A stretch of 64,000 bases of DNA from the human T2T-CHM13v2.0 reference genome, Homo sapiens. The notes below the pieces were generated by a model, which was given only the letters and a program-made list of their open reading frames with translations, was not told where the DNA came from and ran no database searches. The stretch's first letter is position 1; each line of letters starts with the position of its first letter. Where the stretch lies: assembly GCF_009914755.1 (NCBI RefSeq), contig NC_060934.1; one strand, 5' to 3'. The position numbers and the translations under genes were made by a program. Positions 27,243-48,490 of the stretch are shown in pieces.

Positions 27243-27614
27243 AATATGATATGTGAAAAATACTCAGAATCTGACCATTTCTTAATGGCATTACTGCCAT
27301 CTTCCTGGGATAAACCTCCATCATCTTTTGCTTATATTATTGCAATAGCCTCCTAACTTGTCATTTTGCTTCTACCCGTAGCCTGACTTCAGTTCATTCT
27401 AAACACAATGAACAGAGTGTTCCTGTTAAAACTGAAGCCTGGCCTTTGCCTCAGGACCCTGCTTCCTGGCACCTCTTCCAAAAGTGGCTCCCTTCCCTCA
27501 CACAGTCTTCACACCGCTGGACCTCAAAGGTGGGGAAGTGTCCTTCCTGCTTCTCATGCAGATTCTTACCATTCTTCCTGCTTCCTCCATAAAAACCCTG
27601 AGCTTTGCATGTAA

Positions 27615-29730
<2,116 letters not shown>

Positions 29731-30242
29731 TGGGAAAATATGTATTTAAAAGGATACTGAATCTTACATGACAGAATATGGAAGAAAAAAAGTGGCTTAT
29801 TCAGGTAAAAATACTATGCTTCTCACACCAGAGGGAGAACATTTTTTAAAACTTTAATTAATGCTGTGGGTGGATTTATATATTTGGAACTGTAGCAATT
29901 CCATCAAAGAAGAAAATATATTTTTACCTCCTTTGAACATCTGTGGGTTTAAAAATTCCATTTTAACAGGGGACTCAGAAAAAATAGGATTTTTCTTTAC
30001 TTGCTTTATCAGCTTTCTGTGTCTTGCATTTTTTATTTGCAAGATGATTTATGCCATTTCATGAGCTATTTTAATTTAGGCTATTGGGCCATCTTTTGAT
30101 TATTCATATAATCCCAAACAATACAAACCTCCCTCCTTCTTTCTCACTTGAAAATGAAAAACAACGTGAGGAGGGATGGAGTTAATGTCTATGAAAGATT
30201 CAATTATTATTTATACAAAAATCCACAAATAAAAACATTTTT

Positions 30243-30428
30243 CCAGCCTGGCCAGCATGGCGAAACCTTGTCTCTACCAAAAATACAAAAAAAAAAAAAG
30301 TTGATGCACGCCTATAGTCCCAGCTACTCAGGACACTGAGGCAGCAGTGAGCCCAGATTGCACCACGGCACTCCAGCCTGGATGACAGAGTGAGGCTCCA
30401 TCTCAAAGAAAACAAAACAACAACAAAA
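30243..30428 (+). mobile_element. 5'-truncated Alu with internal deletions
   Basis: ccagcctggccagcatggcgaaacc...cactccagcctggatgacagagtgag plus A-rich tail. Confidence 0.88.
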
Positions 30429-31149
30429 AAATTTTTTACTGTGTGGAAGTTACCTGAAAAACTCTTGGAAAATATTCATGGAATTCACATAGTTTAGGTT
30501 ATATAATCAGTACAGATTACACTGATTTAAGTCAAAACAAATGCACCTTTTAGTACCACAGGTCAAGGTAAGTACGGGTTCCCTTCTCTTCTTGCTTACT
30601 CTTACTTGCTTATTGAAGGATAAAACTTCAATAAGTACTCTGTTGTATTAAGCACTTTTTTCTTTACTGGATTTTCTCATTATCATATAATATGGTGTAA
30701 TATTTCCAACTTAGAGTGAAAAACAACATTCCCTTACTACTTTACCCTTTCCTGTGACTATCCCATTTCTCTGTACTTCTGTATTTAAAAACTCCTCAAA
30801 CGAGTATTGTACACATTCCTCCCATTCTTACTTAAACCCACTTGTGTCCATCAATATTAGGTTTTACTGCCTATAGTAGAAAATACAACATAAAAGTAAA
30901 TGAAAAGATAGTCATAATTTCTCTTTCTCATAAAACAAGGTCAGAGGTAGTTTGGTTAGGGTTGGTATGGTGACTCCACGGACATATGGGATACACCTTT
31001 CTATTCTACCATTTTAGCTTAGTGCTTCTAAGGTCACATGGTCCACAAAGGCTGCTGGTACTCCAGCCATCACATTGGGTTTTAGTGCATAGAAGGCATG
31101 ACCAAAAGAAGGTGTATTCGTAATGCCTATTCCCACTCCTCTGCCTCAA

Positions 31150-31535
31150 AATGGCTTCACAATGGGTGGAGAGTAATAACCCTCTTCACTGACTTTGGGC
31201 TCAGAGTGCGAAATCTTTGGCCAATGGGTAGAAGTGACCATACAGGTTCTGAGCGGAAGTATTAGGAGTCTTGGCACGTTTCCATAAGCCCTCTTGGAGC
31301 TTCCAGCCCTACCAATGGGAACAGCATGCTTTTCTTCCAGTCTGGTTTTGAAGCAGCCCAGATCTGATCCAAAGCCTGGAGTGCAGGCTCACCCATTCAA
31401 GCCTATTAACCTCAGCTCAGATTAGTTAAGCCAAACTGCTAATCCAGAAGCATGAGATAAAATGTTGGTTGTAAGCTATTGATGTATTTTTGGGTTGTTT
31501 CATAGTACTATCACAGTAAAAATATGACTAATGCA
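31150..31535 (+). mobile_element. Old MLT1-family LTR
   Basis: gactttgggctc...tttggccaatgg...catgagataaaatgttggttgtaagctattga...gactaatgca. Confidence 0.55.
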
Positions 31536-32291
31536 GAAGGGCATGAGGTGCCTCATGGCTAGATTAGTTGGCTTCTTAGGAATGCCCCACACACCTGTGC
31601 TTATTACTTGTCATATAGTCATATGTTGAAGAGAGAGAGATTGAAAAATGTAACTGGGTACATTTTAAATAAAACTAGAATTCTTGTTACCAAAAAAGAA
31701 CAGCACGTGGCTTTTGGGTGGAGTCCAGTTACTTCCACATGAGTTCAATCAGGCATTTTCTCCAGCCCTCCAATGAGACAGCTCTTGTCACATCAATCCC
31801 AGTCATTGGCCTGTCAGCAACCTTTGCTGCAGTTTATTCCTTAAAACACTTTCCTATTTTACTTTTCACACACCATTTGGTTCTTTTCCTACCTCATTAG
31901 CCACGCCTTCTCTATGTCCTTTGTATTTTCATCCACCTCCCTGAGCTTTCAATGTTGCTAGGAGCTCAGTCCTCAGTCTCTTCTATTCTCCAGCTACCTT
32001 CACCCTCTGATAGATCTTGTCCAGACCCAAGGTCTGGATACATCTATACACACTGAAGACTCCCAGATGGGTATCTTCAGCTCAGAGCTATCTCCTCACT
32101 TCAGATTTGCATATCCAGCTGTCTTCTCAGCCTCTCCACTTGGTGTCTAGTAAGCATCTCCTTTGTAGCATGCTCCAAACAGATCTATTTTCCACCTCAT
32201 TCACCTGAAATTGTTCCTCCTACAGCCTTCTCCATTGTAATTCCAAGCCTTCTAACAACTCAGGCTAAAAATTATTTCTATCTTTCTCAGC

Positions 32292-32569
32292 AGTTTAAGT
32301 TCTGGGATACATGTGCAGAACGTGCAGGTTTGTTACATAGGTATACACGAGCCATGGTGGTTTGCTGCACCTATCAACCCATCATCTAGGTTTTAAGCCC
32401 CTCATGCATTAGGTATTAGTCCTAATGCTGTCCCTCCCCTTTTTCCCCTACCCCCGACAGGCCCCATTGTGTGATATGCCCCTCCCTGTGTCCATGTGTT
32501 CTCATTGTTGAACTCCCACTTACGAGTGAGAACATGCAGCATTTGGTTTTCTGTTCCTGTGTTAGTTTG
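32292..32569 (-). mobile_element. L1PA8-type 3' end fragment lacking a poly(A) tail
   Basis: tttaagttctgggatacatgtgcagaacg...ttttaagcccctcatgcattagg; flanked by ctttctcagc at 32282-32291 and 32570-32579. Confidence 0.92.
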
Positions 32570-32619
32570 CTTTCTCAGCTTTTTCAAACCATCAGCAAAT
32601 ACTATTAGCTATCTTTAAT

Positions 32620-33020
32620 ATATAAATAAATAATGCTATATTCATACAATGGAACAGTACACATTAATGAGAGGGAATGAACCCACTGCTTATGGGAACA
32701 TAGATGAATCTCATAGACTAATATTAAATGAAATATGCCAGGTATAAAGGCATACATATTATATTATTCTGTTAATGTAAAGAATATAAACAGACAAGCC
32801 GAATCCTTACTCATGGAGGTCAGAATAGTGATTATCTCTAAAGAGAATATTGACAGAAAGGGCCAGGAGGGACTCTTCTATTAATATGTGATTATATAAG
32901 TATACACACACACATACATATATAAGTATACACATTTTCACATACACATATGTGAAAATGAGCAAATGAAGGTTCACTTAAGATTTGCACGGATTAATGT
33001 AAGCTATACTTCAATAAAAA
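32620..33020 (+). mobile_element. L1ME/L1MD 3' end
   Basis: tattcatacaatggaac...acatagatgaatctcatagac...gtcagaatagtg...ctatacttcaataaaaa. Confidence 0.7.
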
Positions 33021-33315
33021 GAAATATTATTGGTTTATATTATTGGTTTCTTACTAAGAACTTACAAACTATATATTCCCTACGATATATGGCTGAAAAA
33101 TTTAATTAAGTTATATTTGTAGGTACGTCTGTATCTACATAGTGTCTTTACAGAACTGGCCACTTTTTAATATATCCACTGCTGGTCCAAGACATTATGA
33201 CTTCTTGACCAGATTATCAAAATAACCTTTTAGTTAGCATCCCTACTTTCCCCTTTATCTCCCCTGCAGTCTATTTAGCAGTAAGAGTATGGCTTTAAAA
33301 TTAAAATCAGATACA

Positions 33316-33338
33316 CTCTCTCTCTCCCTCTCTCTCTG

Positions 33339-33369
<31 letters not shown>

Positions 33370-33668
33370 TTTTTTTTTTTTTGAGATGGAGTCTTTCTCT
33401 GTTTCCTAGGCTAGAGTGCAGTGGTGCAATCTCAGCTCACTGCAACCTCTGTCTGCTTCCTGGGTTTAAGCGATTCTCCTGTCTTAGCCTCCTGAGTAGC
33501 TGAGATTACAGGCATGTGCCACCACACCTGGCTAATTTTTGGATTTTTAGTAGAGACAGGGTTTCACCATGTTGGCCAGGATAGTGTCGAACTCCTGACC
33601 TCAGGTGATCCACCCGCCTCGACCTTCCAAAGTTTTGGGATTACCAGTGTGAGCCACCGTGCCCGGCT
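33316..33668 (-). mobile_element. AluS with a (CT)n(TA)n microsatellite adjoining its tail
   Basis: Antisense Alu 33369-33668 preceded by CT and TA repeats. Confidence 0.92.
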
Positions 33669-33776
33669 GAAATCAGACTATATTATTAATCCTCTGCTGA
33701 AAACTCTCCAAGGATTACCCATTTTACTTAGGAGAAAAGCCAAAAATCTACATGGCTGTATTTCACTTCCTTCCAG

Positions 33777-35052
33777 TGAGAGGTGACAACCTGCTGGCAG
33801 TCCTCGCAGCCCTCACTCGCTCTAGGCGCCTCCTCTGCCTGGGCTCCCACTTTGGTGGCACTTGAGGAGCCCTTCAGCCCACCACTGTACTGTGGGAGGC
33901 GCTCTCTGGGCTGGCCAAGGCCGGCGCCTGTTCCCTCAGCTTGCTGGGAGGTGTGGAGGGAGAGGCACCGGTGGGAACCGGGGCCAACGGGAGTTCCGGG
34001 TGGGCATGGTCTCAGTGGGCCCGCACTCAGCGGCTGGCCGTCCCACAAGCCCCAGGCAGTGAGGGGCTTAGCACCTGGGCCAACAGCTGCTATGCTCGAT
34101 TTCTCACCGGGCCTTAGCTGCCTCCCCGCCAGGCAGGGCTCCGGACCTGCAGCCCGCCATGCCTGAGCCTCCCCACGCCCCCAGCTCCCCCATCTGGGCT
34201 CCTGCGCAAGGGAGCCTCCCTGACAAGTGCCGCCCCCTGCTCCATGGTGCACAGTCCCATCACCACCTAAGGGCTGAGGAGTGCAGGCTCAGGGCACTGG
34301 ACTGGCAGGCGGCTCCACCTGTGGCCCTGGTGCGTTATCCATTGGGTGAAGCCAGCTGGGCTCCTGAGTCTGATGGGGACTTGGAGAATCTTTATGTCTA
34401 GCTAAGGGATTGTAATACACCAATCAGCACTCTGTATCTAGCTCAAGGTTTGTAAACACACCAATCAGCACCCTGTGTCTAGCTCAGGGTTTGTGAATGC
34501 ACCAATCGACACTCTGTATCTAGTTAATCTGGTGGGGACTTGAAGAACATTTGTGTTGACACCCTGTATCTAGCTAATCTAGTGGGGATGTGGAGAACTT
34601 TTGTGCCTAGCTCAGGGATTGTAAATGCACCAATCAGCACCCTGTCAAAACGGACCAATCGGCTGTCTGTAAAATGGACCAATCAGCAGGATGTGGGTGG
34701 GGCCAGATAATAGAATAAAAGCAGGCTACCTGAGCCAGCAGTGGCAACTGGCTCTGGTCCCGGTGTGGAAGCGTTCTTCTTTCACTCTTTGCAATAAATC
34801 TTGCTGCTGCTCATTCTTTAGGTCCACACTGCCTTTATGAGCTGTAACACTCACCGCGAAGGTCTGCAGCTTCACTCCTGAGCCAGTGAGACCACTTAAC
34901 CCACCAGAAGGAAGAAACTCCAGACACATCCGAACATCAGAAGGAACAAACTCTGGACACGCCGCCTTTAAGAACTGTTAACACTCACTGTGAGGGTCCG
35001 TGGCTTCATTCTTGAAGTCAGTGAGACCAAGAACCCACCAATTCTGGACACA
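33777..35052 (+). mobile_element. LTR12 (ERV9; LTR12C/D-type) solo LTR
   Basis: TGAGAGGTGACAACCTGCTGGCAGTCCTC...GAACCCACCAATTCTGGACACA; CpG-rich U3; repeated CACCAATCAGCAC; 4-bp TSD ccag/ctag. Confidence 0.95.
34415..34725 (+). promoter_or_regulatory. LTR12 CCAAT-box array and TATA-like AATAAAA
   Basis: Six ACCAATC motifs (about 34419, 34460, 34501, 34630, 34654, 34678), then GAATAAAAGCAGGC. Confidence 0.75.
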
Positions 35053-35355
35053 CTAGTCCCTGCTCGAAAGCCACCTAACCAGTGAGGACCCCCATGACAG
35101 CCCTGGATAAATAGTATCCCTCCTGCCTTCCTGACACTTCCTAATCCCTCTGACTGCTTTAGTTTTCTTCATAACTCAAATCATCTTATGTATTTAGTGG
35201 CTTTTTTTCCTCCCTTCCCTACTAGAATATATGGCAAGGTCTGTGTTCTTTTCCCTTGGATATAGATGGACCTTCTGACTTCTTGACTAATAGACAATGG
35301 TAAATGTGACCATATTGCTGGGACCATGGTCCAGGTTGCTGGGACCATGCCTTAA

Positions 35356-35668
<313 letters not shown>

Positions 35669-35689
35669 CTTCCTGTCTTTTAGTACATC

Positions 35690-36042
35690 CTCTTTGGTAT
35701 CTTTTAGTGACCATATAAGAAGTCCAATTACCCTGAGACCCCCATGTAGGAAAGTTCATGTATATGTGCGCCAGTGGTCCATCCAGCTGAGCCCAGTCTT
35801 CCAGCCATGCTTGCCAAGGTGCCAAACATGTGAATGAAGCCCCTTGAACCCTCTAGACCAGCCATCCCCAATCTGAATTCCACCAAGTGACCTTAGCCAA
35901 GGCCACATGGAGCAGGAAAAATGTCCGTCTGAGCACTGCCTGAATTCCTGAGCCAGTAATCATGAGATACAATAAAATGGCTGATTTTTTAAACCACAGC
36001 ATGTTGAGTAAATTGTTAAGCAGCAATAGGTAACAAAACAGA
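35690..36042 (+). mobile_element. MLT1J-like LTR
   Basis: ccagctgagcccagtcttccagcc...catgagatacaataaaatggctg...cagcaataggtaacaaaaca. Confidence 0.68.
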
Positions 36043-36167
36043 AGTTGTTGGGGGTGTATGTGGTGAGAGCAGGGGTACTGATTAGCAGGTTTTATTGCAG
36101 GATGTACTCCAACAAGGAGCAGGTAGGCAGACTTCCTCCCCAACATCAATGTGAAAACCCAAAGGTT

Positions 36168-36453
36168 GGCCAGGTGTGGTGGCTTGCCTGTAATCCCAGC
36201 ACTGCGGGAGGCTGAGGCAGGTGGATCTAGGAGTTTAAGAGCAGCCTGGCCAACACGGCAAAACCCCATCTCTACTGAAAGTACAAAAATTAGCCGGGCA
36301 TGGTGGTGCCTGCTTGTAATTCCAGCTTCTCTGGAGGGTGAGGCTGGAGACTCGCTTGAACCCAGGAGGCAGAGGTTGCAGTGAGCCGAGACTGTGCCAC
36401 TGCACTCCAGCCTCAGCGACAGAGTGAGACTCCATCTCAAAAAACAAAACCAA
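36168..36453 (+). mobile_element. AluS
   Basis: Dimeric Alu; TSD aaaacccaaagg. Confidence 0.92.
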
Positions 36454-37020
36454 AAAACCCAAAGGGCTTTACCCTGTGCACCAACACCCAGAACACTGGC
36501 TCCCTTCAGGCAGATCATGCATTTTCACTGAAGAAGAGATTTTAGACTTCAGCAGGGGACAGGTTTGAACTGCTGCCAGTCACTTTGTATGTGTGTGGTG
36601 CAGACGATATATCCCAGGTGTCCCATAAGCACTCCTCCATTTATCTTGATCACCAGTTGGAGACTCGGAGGGGTTGTCAGCAGAATAGAAAAGTACCATT
36701 GGCATTCTCTGTGTGTTCTGGGCTGCAGCTCTCTGCATTCTGGTTTGTTGTTTGATACACTCTTCTCCCCTTTCTTTCCTACAGAAATTTCATCAAAGTG
36801 CCTAAGTCTGTCTACTCATGGTTCTGGTTTTATTATCAGAGCAGTAGCAGGTTTATTCCTTTCTGTGCATCTTTGCTGTCATTTCAGTGGGATTTGGGAG
36901 TGAGGGGAGGGAAAGACATGAGTTTCATTGTTCCTCTTACACCCAAACATATATTTCTACATTAAAAAATATATGGACGGAATTCTTTGAATGAAAGGGA
37001 CTTCAAAGAAGCATGTGTGT

Positions 37021-43739
<6,719 letters not shown>

Positions 43740-44063
43740 AAAGAAGCATGTGTGAGGAAACATTGAGTTTTGGTCATTCTAGAATCCGCTCCTTTGCCTC
43801 CTGTTCAGATGCACCCTTGGAACTAGCTGGATCCAGCTAACCAGGCTTTGACAATGCAACCTCAGTCGAAAGCTGCCTCTTCTGGTTGGGGAAGGGGGAG
43901 AGAGAGTGGAGAGGGAGAAGGAGATGGAGAGAAGAAGCTGTCACCAAACCACGTTCCTTAACAAGGCTTTCAGTCCAGGCAGTGAATCTGCCCCCACAGA
44001 GTTGAACTTCATGGAATGGAAAGTCTAGGTGAAGCATATGTATATTTATTTTCAGATCTTATT

Positions 44064-44356
44064 TATTTATTTTTTTGAGACGGAGTCTCGCTGTCGCCCA
44101 GGCTGGAGTGCAGTGGTGCAATCTCGGCCCACTGCAGGCTCCGCCCCCCGGGTTTCACACCATTCTCCTGCCTCAGCCTCTCGAGTAGCTGGGACTACAG
44201 GAGCCCGCCACCTCACCCAGCTAATTTTTTGTATTTTTAGTAGAGACGGGGTTTCACCGTGTTAGCCAGGATGATCTCGATCTCCTGACCTCGTGATCTG
44301 CCTGCCTCGGCCTCCCAAAGTGCTGGGATTACAGGCGTGAGCCACCGCGCCCGGCC
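44064..44356 (-). mobile_element. AluYe5-like young Alu
   Basis: gtctcgctgtcgccc, ctgcaggctccgcccccc and cgccacctc match recalled Ye diagnostics; many CpGs retained; TSD cttatt. Confidence 0.85.
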
Positions 44357-45154
44357 CTTATTCTTTAATTAACTGAACTGCACACATTATGACTGTGTAA
44401 TTTAGAGGAGCATATATATTTTTATTGCACAGCCAACTAAAATGTTCATTAAGCATTTTAATGATGTGAGAAAACGCTTATGTTAAAACATTGAGAATGA
44501 AAGCAACAAAGCAAGCATCATTCAAAATCTTAGCTAGCTTATGACTTCAAGAAAGTGAAAAAGCATAGAACAGGATGGTGTGTGAAAACACTAATTTTAT
44601 TTGCTTAGTAGGATTGAGGATTTTTTAATTTTAAAAATTCTTCTGTGTGATTTAAATAAACTTATTTTTTTAAGGTGAGAATGTGTGTGACAGGATATAT
44701 AGGGCTTCTCTAAATCTGGTATGAAATGGATAAGGGTATATGCCTAGGCCTATGGCTGGCTAATAATTCAGACTGACCATGCCACTGAAAATAACTAGAA
44801 ATACTGGATAAAAAAGTTAAAAACATCTTAAAAGCATGTAAAGTTGCCAAGATAGTAAGGAATTGACAGGTCAAATTTCAGTGAAGGCACTTTGGGAGGT
44901 CAGCGAACACCAAAGCCTCTGGCTCTTGCCCTGACAGCTTTGCTGAACTTGCCAAACTGACTGGCAGTTTTTGAGACTTGCTAGGTAAGGGAGAGAGAAG
45001 CCCAATATCCATCCAGGTTGGAGAGGCTAAGAGGAGAACATTTCGTAGAAAACCAGGACCCTAGAATCCCGTACTCTCTAGGGGACTGCAAAGACTTATC
45101 TTTGTTTTCAGCTGGGAAGGGATTAAAAATATCCCTAAAAAATTATAACCACAG

Positions 45155-45800
<646 letters not shown>

Positions 45801-45865
45801 AAGAAATTGTAATCATATGTCTACCTTTACTGGGATTCCAGTTACAACTTTCACCTAACCTGGGT

Positions 45866-47090
45866 GCCAGATGGATCTAGATTTTGTAGGAATTGATGCT
45901 TTTATGATTTGGGGTTGGGGACCTCATTAAAGGAAAAATATACAATTAAAATACAATAATTAAGTTCAAATATGAACATTCATTTGGAAGAGAAGCCACA
46001 ACACATTCCAAATTTTAAAAGCTCAAAAATATCACAAACATCACAAACTCCAGACAAGTAACATATTTTATTAGTGGCTTGACAGCAATAGAACCCCTTT
46101 TTCTTCCTTTTTTGGCTACTTTGATAGCCACTTTATATGACAATGATTTTGTAATATAGCTTTCTATACAGAGAACATAAAGATGATTTAGTGTCTACTC
46201 TAGCATGGGTGATAGAAATTTATTTTGTTATTGATGGCTTAGAAAAATTTCTTTAAGATTCATAACTCATTACTGGTAATGTCATGCACATTTTTAGGAT
46301 TATTATCAAATTTGGGAAGTTCTCTTCTAAGTTTCTTTCATATATGAGCTATAAAATTTCAGGTCACCTCAAGTTTTTGAGGATAGTGACTCATCTTAAA
46401 TACTGTTAATGACCCCTCCCCCATTAACCAGTTTGTTGATGACATCTGGTTTGTAGTGACGTATTATCAGTTTTATGTTATTTTAGTTGGTGCCAGTATT
46501 TTGCTTCAAATTGGCAAGAAATTTAAGTCTTTTTAAATGTGTTTAGATATTTCACTCTTTCATTAATTGCATTTCAAGCTGCCCAAGAATTCATTTCTTA
46601 ATTTTATCTGAAATTTATGTCTTTCTCTCTATTATTAACTGCTCTTGGTATAGTCTAAACATTTTTTTGGCTACAGTTTTTGCTGAAATTTTTTGCTATT
46701 TTTCTTGATGTCAGAATAATTTTTATTGATTTCATCACTCATCTTTATTGCCTTTGTTGTATATTTCATTAATGTTTTATCAAAATTCCCTTCCAGTTCT
46801 TTTGAAATAAATTTAAAGATGACAAGAGCTATCCATTACATGGATCTAATTCAGGACTGTAATTTATCATTTGTTTTACTGAAACATTCCAAAATATTTT
46901 TCCAAATTGCAGTTAAAATGGCACATTTAAACTTTTTAAATAAACTTTTTTGTACCTTATTTGTGTTTTATCTTCTGAATCTTTGAAAATGTGTGTTTGA
47001 ATCCTTAAAATATTGCTCTATTTGTGATCCAAGATTGAACAGTTTTATATGGGCAAGGGGTCTCATTTTTTAGATTATTTAAAGAAAACT
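45866..47090 (-). mobile_element. Zaphod-like hAT-Tip100 transposon relic
   Basis: Minus-strand translation near 46240-46320 gives FPNLIIILKMCMTLPVMSYES*RNFSK (hAT C-terminal dimerisation motif); terminus resembles Zaphod/MER91. Confidence 0.8.
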
Positions 47091-47609
47091 CTATATTGGA
47101 GTGACATCACCAAGATGGTAAAATAGAAGGTAACCCATTGATATCCCCCAACAACAAGAATTCTGCACCTATCCACAGTTAGTCATCCTGCAGAAGCCCC
47201 AAGACTCAGGTGGGAGCTTGTGAAACCCCAGTGGAACCCAAGACTTAGGAGGGTCATTTTGAGAGTGTAGACTGACACCCATGTGGCTGATGTACCCTGC
47301 TGAGCTTGCTTCTGGGTTCAAGCCTGAAAACAGCCTAGTCCCTCAAGGGTTTGGGCTACAGCCCTGTCTGGTCTTGAGTCTGCAACCAAAACCATCTGTT
47401 AAGGGATTCAGAAGGAATCACACACAGTGGGGCCTTGATGGAAAGGCTATTCTGCCTGCTGACATCAATCTTAGGAAGTGAACCTTCAAGTTGTCCTGAG
47501 GTGCTGCTCTAGCTTTTCCAAGCTGGAGTCCCACCTCAGAGCTGCTTGCACAAGATCCCAGAGGAACACTTGCCCATATTTCACCACTGGGACCCTGGAC
47601 CTCCCTGAT

Positions 47610-48490
47610 GGTCTTGCCAACCTCTGTCCCACAGCAGATCCTGAAGGGGCCTGAGAGAGTCTCAGCTGCAGCCCTTTTCGTTACAGTTATGTAACTATCC
47701 CATCTGTGCTGACACCTGCTGGAATATGCGTATCTGTCTGTGCCAAGGAGGTGGGCTCTCCAGCCTTCATCGCACAGCAGAATTTAAGGGGACCTAGTCT
47801 CAGCTCTGGCTCCCCAGTACTGCAATCAGGGCACTATCCCATCATCTGTATGGGGACTTGATAGGAGACAGGTGCCCCTCTAAACCAATGAGAATGGGCT
47901 TTCTAGTCTCAGTTTGGCCTCACAGCAGATCCCTAGGAGGCCCAGTCTCAGCCCCACCCCATCCCAATTCAGTTAGGGAACTATTCTGTCTGTGCTGAGA
48001 CCTGCTGGGAGATACATGCCCTTCTGGATGAATAAGAAAGGCTTTCCAGCCTCTGTCCCACAGTAGATCATAAGGGAGCTCAGCCTCAGTGCCAGCCCCA
48101 CTTGCTACAGTCAGGAAACTATCACATCTGTGTAGGAATCTACTGGAAGATAGATGTCCATATGAGGTAATATGATAGGGCAGGCCAGCCTCCATCCCAT
48201 AGCAGATCCCAAGGGGGGCCAAGTCTTAGCTTGAGTCCTTTTTGTTGTAGTTCCTCAACTACACACAAGTACAGGGATCTAATGGGTGACACACACCTGT
48301 CTGAGCCAGCAAGATGAACCCACCAGCCTCCTCCCCACAGCAGATCCCATAGGGGCCCTGTTGCAATTTTAGCCCCTCTTGCTGCTGTTGGGGACCTATC
48401 TTACCTGTGCAGAGATTTGCTGGGAGGCACATACATCTGGGCCACTGGAACAATCTTCCGGACTTAGGTCCCTGACCAGCATTCCCACAT
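47610..48490 (+). repeat. ~140-bp tandem monomers in the old L1 5'UTR
   Basis: cagcagatcc-like core recurs at 47632, 47775, 47923, 48061, 48200 and 48338. Confidence 0.8.

Noticed and set aside
33728-34401. 174-aa and 127-aa GC-rich ORFs, or a CpG-island gene promoter
   Set aside because: They lie essentially within the LTR12 U3, where high GC content explains the open frames.
35853-36518. 221-aa ORF and similar ORFs (22564-22989, 45380-45718, 862-1149)
   Set aside because: These are antisense Alu translations (LECSG..AHCNL..PASAS), a well-known artefact.
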